Origin: an uncultured Acidobacteriota bacterium
GTDB taxonomy: Bacteria; Acidobacteriota; Vicinamibacteria; Vicinamibacterales; CAVVIG01
Reading direction: 5' to 3'
Length of the DNA: 64,000 nt
Assembly (NCBI GenBank): GCA_963749565.1
Contig: CAVVNL010000021.1
Location: 14,111 to 78,110 of the forward strand
This document shows, one piece after another, positions 58,059 through 64,000 of the stretch. The position numbers and the translations under genes were made by a program. A model generated the notes under the pieces. It was not told where the DNA came from, did no database searches, and was given only the letters and a program-made list of their open reading frames with translations. The stretch's first letter is position 1. Each line of letters starts with the position of its first letter.

Positions 58059-58373
58059 TCAGCAACCGGCCCCCGTGGAAGGGAACCCGCCCCCGTGTAC
58101 CCCGCCGGCCACCGAGGGGATGATGCTGACCGTGTCGGCCGCGGTCACCGGCGTCTGCTCTTTCTGCAGATACCGGATGTCTTCGTCGTTGACGTACACG
58201 TTGACGAAGCTGCGGAGCTTGCCCTGCTCGTTGTACAGGTGGGCTTTCAGCCCGCCGTGCTTGCGCGTGAGATCCGCGAGCAGTTCACCCACGGTGGCGC
58301 CGTCGGCGTCCACCGCGTCCTTCTTATCGGTGTAAGGTCTGAGCGGTGTCGGAATCAGAATTTTCGTCGCCAT
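58059..58373 (-). CDS. MoaD/ThiS-family sulfur-carrier protein (CysO-like) with extension beyond the GG motif
   Basis: …VYVNDEDIRY…TVSIIPSVAGG, followed by 13 further codons (VHGGGFPSTGAGC) before the TGA. Confidence 0.75.
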   Translation of the reverse strand: MATKILIPTPLRPYTDKKDAVDADGATVGELLADLTRKHGGLKAHLYNEQGKLRSFVNVYVNDEDIRYLQKEQTPVTAADTVSIIPSVAGGVHGGGFPSTGAGC

Positions 58374-58785
58374 GATGCAGTTCGCCCTCTTCGAAGCTCG
58401 ATCGATCGTCTTTCAGCCACCACACGGTCATGTCGCCCGACCGCCCCGCGGCGACCGCGACGATGATGTACCCAAACGTGGGCCACGCGTGATCCAGATC
58501 GTACTGGGATGGACGCGCGGGGTGATCAGGATGTGAATGATAGAACCCGAGCAGCTCGCCGCCGAGCTCGCTCGCGCGGCCCTCAGCCGTGCGGTAGTCC
58601 GACGGACGGACGAGAAAACGGCGCCGCGGTCCTTCTTCCGTCGTATTCGGCAGCGGCACGGTCGCCGTCACGCTGCCGCTTTGGCCGACGAGCGCGCCGC
58701 AGCACTCGTGCGGGTACGTCTCCTCACCATGCCGCCGGATCGCATCGTCCACGGCCGCCGTGATCACCATCCGATGCTCAGTCAT
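58324..58785 (-). CDS. JAMM/MPN+ metalloprotease (Mec-like)
   Basis: E…HSHPDHPARPSQYD (JAMM H-x-H-x7-S-x2-D). The 3' end overlaps the carrier gene by 50 nt as assembled. Confidence 0.8.
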   Translation of the reverse strand: MTEHRMVITAAVDDAIRRHGEETYPHECCGALVGQSGSVTATVPLPNTTEEGPRRRFLVRPSDYRTAEGRASELGGELLGFYHSHPDHPARPSQYDLDHAWPTFGYIIVAVAAGRSGDMTVWWLKDDRSSFEEGELHHGDENSDSDTAQTLHR

Positions 58786-59731
58786 CGGCCGTCCAGAAGC
58801 TATCGGTCAGGTACTTCTCCGCCCCGTCGGGAAATATCGTGACGAGCACGCCGCGATCGAGGCCCCGCGCGACGTCGAGCATCGCGGCGAGCGCGGCGCC
58901 CGACGAGATGCCCGCCAGCAGCCCTTCCTCGCGGGCGAGGCGCTTCACCATCTCGTGCGCGCGTTCCGTGGCGATGCGCAGGTCTTGATCCGCGAGCGAC
59001 GGATCGTAGATCGCCGGCACGATGGCCGACTCCATGTGCTTGAGCCCTTCCAGCCCATGGAACGGGCCTTCGGGCTGAAACGAAATCAGCCGAATCGCCG
59101 GGTTGAATTTCCGCAGCCGGCGCCCCGTGCCGACGAACGTGCCGCTCGTGCCCAGGCCGGCGACGAAGTGAGTCAGACGGCCGCTCGTCTGCTCGATAAT
59201 CTCCGGCCCGGTCGTGTCGTAGTGCGCGCGCCAGTTCGCGTCGTTACTGTACTGATCCGGATAGAAATACATCTCCGGACTCTCGGCGTACAGCCGCCGC
59301 GCCTCGCGGATGGCGCCATCGATACCACCTTCGAGCGGGTCGGTGAGCACGAGCTCGGCGCCGAGCGCCCGGAGCATCAGTTTTCGTTCCGGGCTCGCAT
59401 TGGCCGGCACACACAGCTTCACCCGATAGCCACGCGCCGCGCCGACCATCGCGTATGCGATACCCGTGTTGCCCGACGTTGCGTCGAGAATGGTGCGGCC
59501 GGCTGTCAGCTTGCCGGACGCTTCGCCTTCGAGGATCATCCGCGCGGCCGCGCGATCCTTTACCGAACCTCCGGGGTTCTGCCACTCGGCCTTCGCATAC
59601 AGCTCGATGCCGGCAGGAACCTCGCGCTCGAAACGATGCAGCCGCACGAGCGGCGTCCGGCCAATCATGTCGAGGACCGACGAGCTGGAACGGTGATCGA
59701 CCGACGATTCAGAGGATGAGCTTGAAGACAT
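58778..59731 (-). CDS. cysM: PLP-dependent cysteine synthase (CysM-like)
   Basis: …NPGGSVKDRAA…TSGNTGIAYA…GLGTSGTFVGTG…SSGAAL… Intact. Confidence 0.85.
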   Translation of the reverse strand: MSSSSSSESSVDHRSSSSVLDMIGRTPLVRLHRFEREVPAGIELYAKAEWQNPGGSVKDRAAARMILEGEASGKLTAGRTILDATSGNTGIAYAMVGAARGYRVKLCVPANASPERKLMLRALGAELVLTDPLEGGIDGAIREARRLYAESPEMYFYPDQYSNDANWRAHYDTTGPEIIEQTSGRLTHFVAGLGTSGTFVGTGRRLRKFNPAIRLISFQPEGPFHGLEGLKHMESAIVPAIYDPSLADQDLRIATERAHEMVKRLAREEGLLAGISSGAALAAMLDVARGLDRGVLVTIFPDGAEKYLTDSFWTADD

Positions 59732-59814
59732 CGGAACTATATACGACCGAAGTAGTCCGGATTATACCAACCAAGGGACGGCTGTCAAACCGGGCTATAC
59801 TCTCGCTGACCGAA

Positions 59815-60525
59815 ATGACGGCTTCTGAATACCAGCAACTTCAATCAGAACAATCACATACAGATACGATTACAAGGCTTGGCGGATGGCTGTTCCGACG
59901 CCGGACGGTGATCCCGATACCCCTCGTCCTGGCCGTGCTGCTGGCGCCTGAGCCGGTGGAGCGCAGCTCTGTCGGCATCGTGGCCGCTGGAGTCGTGTTG
60001 GTTGCCGCCGGCGAGCTCATGCGGCTGTGGGGCGTGCGTCATATCGGCGCGATCTCCCGGACGCGGAGCAACCGGCTCGGGCCGCTCGTCGCGTCCGGTC
60101 CCTTCGCACTCATGCGCAACCCGCTGTACGTCGGCAACGTCGCGCTCTGGGTGGGGTTCGCGTTGAGCGCGCGACTCTTCTGGCTCGCTCCACTGTTCGT
60201 TGCGATCCTTGCATTCGAGTACCACGCGATCGTGCGATGGGAGGAACGGCTCCTCGTGGAACGCCTCGGCGATCGTTACCGCTTGTACGCGGCGCAGGTG
60301 CCGCGTTGGGTCCCCAACCCGATCTCCCGCAGAGCACTCGATTTCTCTGCGGACCCGGCCGTCTCTGAGGTGAACGTCTTCTCGTGGCGCGACACGTTCT
60401 ACAGCGAACGCGGCACTCTCATCGCGATTGCGGTGGGTACGTCCTTCTCTGGATCAAGGCTCAAGTCTGAAGCTCACGTCTCAAGTTGGCTCACGTTTAT
60501 TCTGAACTTGAGCTTTGAGAGTTGA
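59815..60525 (+). CDS. Isoprenylcysteine carboxyl / phospholipid methyltransferase-family membrane protein
   Basis: ATG at 59815. …GPFALMRNPLYVGNVALWVGFAL…EERLLVERLGDRYRLY… The C-terminal tail runs into the word hairpin. Confidence 0.7.
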   Translation: MTASEYQQLQSEQSHTDTITRLGGWLFRRRTVIPIPLVLAVLLAPEPVERSSVGIVAAGVVLVAAGELMRLWGVRHIGAISRTRSNRLGPLVASGPFALMRNPLYVGNVALWVGFALSARLFWLAPLFVAILAFEYHAIVRWEERLLVERLGDRYRLYAAQVPRWVPNPISRRALDFSADPAVSEVNVFSWRDTFYSERGTLIAIAVGTSFSGSRLKSEAHVSSWLTFILNLSFES

Positions 60526-60545
60526 GACTTGAGGTTTGAGTGATT
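60455..60545. repeat. Word hairpin (GAGACTTGAG units) between convergent genes
   Basis: caaggctcaagtctgaagctcacgtctcaagtt … gaacttgagctttgagagttgagacttgaggtttgag. Both flanking ORFs terminate inside it. Confidence 0.8.
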
Positions 60546-61194
60546 GCCACAGATACCAGCAGGCGACTGAGCGGTACGGCCGCCAGGCTTCGCCGATCTT
60601 CAGCAGGCGCTTCGAATCCGGCTGTTTGCGCAGTCCGTACATCCGCATCACCGCATTCACGATGCCGAGATCGCCGACCGGCAACACATCGGGCCGATGC
60701 AGGCGGAACATCAGGAACATCTCCGCCGTCCACCGGCCGAAGCCCTTCACCGACGTCAGGCGCTCGATCACGATCTCGTCGGGAAGGGCCTCGAGCTCGT
60801 CAAGTCGCAGTCGCCCGTCGGCGATGCGCGCGCACAGGTCGCGCATGTAGCCGACCTTCTGGCCGCTCAGGCCCACGCCCCGCAGCGCCACGTCATCGAG
60901 GGCCTCGATGGCCGCGGCGGCCGGAATCCGCTGCTCGGGGAACAGTGCAAGGAACCGCCCGAAGATCGTGGCCGCCGCCTTCGTGGACAGCTGCTGGCTC
61001 ACGATGGCGCCGACAAGAGCGGACAGGTGATCGCTGCGCTGGCGGTCGGCCATCCGGCAGGCGCCGATGCGCTTGATGGCCGCGCCGAGAATCGGATCGC
61101 GGCGCATCAGCAGCCGTCGTGCCCTGGCGTAGCCCTCCGGCGTCAACGGGGCCGGCGCGTCGCCCGCTCTGCCGCCGCTGCCTACGGCGTGCAC
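60481..61194 (-). CDS. HhH-GPD DNA glycosylase (AlkA / 3-methyladenine glycosylase II-like)
   Basis: …[16 protein letters not shown]…[17 protein letters not shown]…[15 protein letters not shown]…VLPVGDLG… The start is uncertain (GTG at 61194 proposed). Confidence 0.75.
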   Translation of the reverse strand: MHAVGSGGRAGDAPAPLTPEGYARARRLLMRRDPILGAAIKRIGACRMADRQRSDHLSALVGAIVSQQLSTKAAATIFGRFLALFPEQRIPAAAAIEALDDVALRGVGLSGQKVGYMRDLCARIADGRLRLDELEALPDEIVIERLTSVKGFGRWTAEMFLMFRLHRPDVLPVGDLGIVNAVMRMYGLRKQPDSKRLLKIGEAWRPYRSVACWYLWQSLKPQVSTLKAQVQNKREPT

Positions 61195-61971
61195 ACGACC
61201 CTGAAGCCGATGCTGTAGGCGTAAGTATCGGGCGGCACGGTGTGGCGACACGCGGACCGGAGCATCGACACGTCGTCATTCACCCAGGCCCCGCCCCGGA
61301 CAATGCGCAGGCTGCCATGGTCGGGTCCGAGCGGATCGTTCACCTCGCCGCTGCCGTAGTACTCGCTGTTGTACCAGTCGGACACCCATTCCCACACGTT
61401 TCCCACGACGTCGCACAGGCCGAACGCGTTGGGCGGATACGTGCCGGTCGGCCGCGTGCCGCGCTGATGCTTGGCCAGCGGATCGTCGAGATAGTTGCAG
61501 CGCGACGCGTCGACCACGTCGCCCCACGGATACCGTCTGCCTTCGACGCCGCCACGCGCCGCCTTCTCCCATTCCGCTTCGGTTGGCAGCCGGTACCACC
61601 CGCTCGATCGCCTCGGAGAGCCAGCGGCAGTACGCTTGTGCATCCTCGAAGCGCACCAGCACGACCGGATGGTTGCCGTGGCCATGGGGCGGTTCCTGGC
61701 CCTCCCAGACATAGGGCATCGACAATTCCTTGAAGAGCGCGTCCCGGCCGCCGGATGCGACAAGGGGCAGCTCTCCCACGGCCGGGGCCGGATGGCCGGT
61801 CGCCCTGACGAAGCGCGCGTACTCGTCGTTGGTAACCTCGAAGCGGCCCGTGAAGAACTCGCTGACGTGCACACGATGGACGGGACGCTCGTCGGCGGCG
61901 GCATCGGCGGCGCCCATCAGGAACGCTCCAGCGGGGATCCGTGCGAGATCGGGAAGTGTGGGCAGCGTCAA
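61182..61971 (-). CDS. Formylglycine-generating-enzyme (SUMF1/FGE) family protein
   Basis: N-part in ORF 61276-61971 (…[10 protein letters not shown]…[12 protein letters not shown]…[10 protein letters not shown]…) and C-part in ORF 61182-61904 (…[16 protein letters not shown]…[11 protein letters not shown]…RIVRGGAW…). There is one frame break near 61590. Confidence 0.8.
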
Positions 61972-62107
61972 AATGGTCGGGTTGCCTCGATCACGGGATA
62001 CTCTGCACGCTTACGATAGCCGGAATTGATTATGCGCCCAAAACACGCTTACCTTGCGACGTCGCGGCAACCCGGGAACGAGACATCGCGTGCGGGGAGG
62101 GGCCCCT

Positions 62108-62524
62108 ATGGAAATCTCTGACGTCAAGCGGAGGGTCGTCGAGACGATCGAACGCGCCAGACGCCTGTCGGGCGAAAGGCGGACGCGCATCGACGAAGCC
62201 GCCCGCGAGTACGAAGCATTTCTCGATCGTATCGCCATCCCTGTCTTCAAACAGGTGGCGAACGTCCTGCGCGCCGAAAGCTACCCGTTCACGGTGTTCA
62301 CGCCGGGCGGCAGCGTGCGCCTGATGTCGGATCGCGCCGCGGAGGATTACGTGGAACTGGAACTCGACACGACCGGCGAACCCGTGGTGACCGGTCGCGC
62401 CAGCCGCAGCCGGGGGCGGCGCGTCATCGAGTCGGAGCGGCCGATCGGATCGCCGGCGACGCTCACCGAAGAAGATGTGTTGTCGTTCGTGTTGAAGTCG
62501 CTCGAACCGCTCGTCGAACGATGA
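62108..62524 (+). CDS. Hypothetical cytoplasmic protein
   Basis: ATG at 62108 (MEISDVKRRVVETIERAR…), 138 aa. No recognised motif. Confidence 0.5.
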   Translation: MEISDVKRRVVETIERARRLSGERRTRIDEAAREYEAFLDRIAIPVFKQVANVLRAESYPFTVFTPGGSVRLMSDRAAEDYVELELDTTGEPVVTGRASRSRGRRVIESERPIGSPATLTEEDVLSFVLKSLEPLVER

Positions 62525-62580
62525 AAAAGGGTCGGCAGTCTTTTCGGATCGTGCAAAAAAGACTCCCGACCCCTTTTTCA
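62524..62580. terminator. Bidirectional intrinsic terminator-like hairpin
   Basis: AAAAAGGGTCGGCAGTCTTTT…AAAAGACTCCCGACCCCTTTTT has A/T tracts on both sides and lies between convergent stops at 62524 and 62578. Confidence 0.7.
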
Positions 62581-64000
62581 GGCGGGGCGCTCGAGGGCGG
62601 ACGTGTCGATGCCCTGGCGTTTGAGAAACGCGAGGAACGCGGGCCGGTCGCTCACGTGACGATAGGCATCGAGGATGTCCACAATACCGTTCTGCACGTA
62701 GTTTTCGAGCGCGTCGTGCAGCGGGACCATCCCCAGCCGCCGCCCTCCTTCGATCGCCATCGGCAACTGCGACGTCTTCCCCTCCGCGATAACACCTGCC
62801 ACGGCGGGCGTATTCAGGAGCACTTCGCGCGCCACCACGCGTCCCCCGCCAATTTTCGGCAGCAGGACCTGCGCGACCACTCCCCGGAGATTGTCGGCGA
62901 GGGCGAGCTGAACCTGTCGGGAATGCTCAGGGGTGTAGAAGTCGAGGACGCGATCGATGGTTTTTGTCACGTTGTGCGCCGAGAAGCCGGCGATGACCAG
63001 ATGGCCGAGGGCTGCGGCCTCGAGGGCGACGCTCATCAACGGTTCGGTCCGGATCTGTTCGAGAACGAGGACGTCCGGATCTTCGCGCAGCGCCGCGCGG
63101 GCGGCCGCCAGCACCTCGTCGTCGCCACCGCGCACTTCCCGCTGGCTGATGAAGGAACTGCGCCGGTCGTGGACGATATTGACCTCGCGCTCGATCGTGA
63201 TGACATGGTCGTGCCGGGTGCGATTGATCAGGTCCACGAGAGCGGAGATGAGCGTGCGCTTCCCGCTGGATCGCGATCCCGCGATGACCACGAGCCCCTC
63301 GGGCTCGATCGCCAGCGACTGAATCTCCGGCCCGAGGGAGAGATGGTCGACCGAGACCGAGCGCACTGGCATCAGCCGGAAGACGCCGCCGGGGCCTCGA
63401 TGATCGCTGAAGCTCATGCAACGGACGCGGCCGATGTCCTCGATGTCGCAGATCCACTCGGTCGTCGCACCCGTGCGCAGTGTTTCGTGGCTGCGATCGG
63501 GCATCAGCGTCAGCAGCAGCGAGATCACATCGTTCGACGTGAGCACCGGCTCGCTGTCCAGGCTCTGAAGCCCGCCATCCACCCGCGCGGACGGCCGCGC
63601 GTCGGAGGACAGATAGAGCGTCGATGCACCGCGCGCCGAGGCCGTTCGAAGCAGGCGCTCGAGACCCGACAACGTGTCGCCGACGGGGACAGAAAACGAC
63701 GGCGCTTCGATCCGGATCGGGCTGCGTGACATCGGGAGCACGACCGCGGGCGGCGGCGCGAGCCGCGGCTCCGGCGGCGGAATCGGCTCGGGTCGCAGCG
63801 GAGCGGGCGGCATGGCCGGCACCGGAGGTTTCGCAGACGCGGGTGGCGCCACGGCCACTGGTATCGGCGGTACGGTTGGCATAGGTTCAATTGAACGGAA
63901 TATCACCGTAAGGGGCACTGAGAGCGGCACAGCCTCGACGGGCACCGCAGGAATGCTGTCCGGCACGGCTGGCATTGCCGATGCGATTGCGGGCGCAGAC
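62578..64000 (-). CDS. PilT/PilU-like hexameric ATPase paralogue with Pro-rich N-terminal extension (5' end may lie outside window)
   Basis: PilT-like core (…REDPDVLVLEQIR…GHLVIAGFSAHN…) but with Walker A GSRSSGKRT and IEREVNI in place of IEDPIE. The frame remains open upstream of the ATG at 63975 up to the window edge. Confidence 0.7.
   Translation of the reverse strand, partial: SAPAIASAMPAVPDSIPAVPVEAVPLSVPLTVIFRSIEPMPTVPPIPVAVAPPASAKPPVPAMPPAPLRPEPIPPPEPRLAPPPAVVLPMSRSPIRIEAPSFSVPVGDTLSGLERLLRTASARGASTLYLSSDARPSARVDGGLQSLDSEPVLTSNDVISLLLTLMPDRSHETLRTGATTEWICDIEDIGRVRCMSFSDHRGPGGVFRLMPVRSVSVDHLSLGPEIQSLAIEPEGLVVIAGSRSSGKRTLISALVDLINRTRHDHVITIEREVNIVHDRRSSFISQREVRGGDDEVLAAARAALREDPDVLVLEQIRTEPLMSVALEAAALGHLVIAGFSAHNVTKTIDRVLDFYTPEHSRQVQLALADNLRGVVAQVLLPKIGGGRVVAREVLLNTPAVAGVIAEGKTSQLPMAIEGGRRLGMVPLHDALENYVQNGIVDILDAYRHVSDRPAFLAFLKRQGIDTSALERPA

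Noticed and set aside
58324-58373. The 50-nt overlap between the JAMM protease and the sulfur-carrier gene could be a meaningful coupled or overlapping reading frame.
   Set aside because: The tail of the JAMM ORF after …FEEGEL is unconserved-looking (HHGDENSDSDTAQTLHR). An ATGA-type junction at the carrier start would be restored by a single indel, so this is probably another frame artefact.
60605-60622. gcttcgaatccggctg resembles a tRNA T-arm (GGTTCGAATCC).
   Set aside because: No acceptor, D or anticodon arms can be drawn around it, and it lies inside the AlkA-like coding sequence.
1-64000. I looked for mobile genetic elements, prophage genes or defence islands (transposase, integrase, restriction-modification, toxin-antitoxin, CBASS/retron-like genes).
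   Set aside because: I recognised no such genes in any frame. The only mobile-element-like features are the miniature hairpin repeats and the hairpin-nested four-helix-bundle gene reported above.

Overview
High-GC bacterial chromosomal segment (about two-thirds G+C by eye). It is gene-dense, with no rRNA, tRNA, CRISPR array, transposase or integrase that I can support. Gene content suggests an Acidobacteriota-like genome, but that is inference only: TIGR03436-type VWA proteins, a DUF5916/CBM9 outer-membrane protein, futalosine-pathway mqn genes and an ECF42-type sigma factor.

Recognisable blocks, in order:
- A DGPF/ECF42-sigma/fatty-acid-hydroxylase/GH3/enolase-superfamily operon on the minus strand (0.3-5.7 kb).
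- A fragmented GT-C-like membrane protein and a DUF5916 barrel.
- Two paralogous DUF6152+partner cassettes flanking an endostatin-like secreted protein, a Rieske oxygenase, an APC permease and a YjbR protein.
- osmC, then the conserved ffs(SRP RNA)-dnaX-ybaB-recR block.
- Fe/Mn SOD, nadA, an MqnE-like radical SAM enzyme and yjbQ.
- A cobalamin-riboswitch locus (25.2-30.9 kb) with BtuFCD-type import, two DUF71/COG2102 PP-loop paralogues, a signal-less BtuF-like binder and a four-helix-bundle gene nested in an inverted repeat.
- A roughly 1000-aa secreted protein plus two VWA proteins.
- A metallophosphoesterase-nucleotidyltransferase fusion, convergent with a DnaQ-exonuclease/cNMP-CBS-DUF294 pair.
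- MqnA/D, a MacAB-type efflux operon and a PilB/GspE ATPase.
- A continuous cysM-mec-cysO-moeZ-iscRSUA-hscBA-fdx-iscX sulfur-trafficking cluster (50.9-59.7 kb).
- ICMT, AlkA-like and FGE-like genes, and a degenerate PilT-like ATPase at the right edge.

Two window-wide properties stand out:
1. Nearly every intergenic spacer carries a long hairpin or array built from short degenerate 'words'. The words differ between loci, but the architecture is shared. A second family of small stem-loop (REP-like) elements is also present.
2. About 30 indel-type frame breaks interrupt otherwise clearly conserved genes, including essential ones. These most likely reflect consensus sequence errors, so pseudogene and fusion calls are unsafe.

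All functional calls come from motif recognition in the supplied translations. No searches were run.
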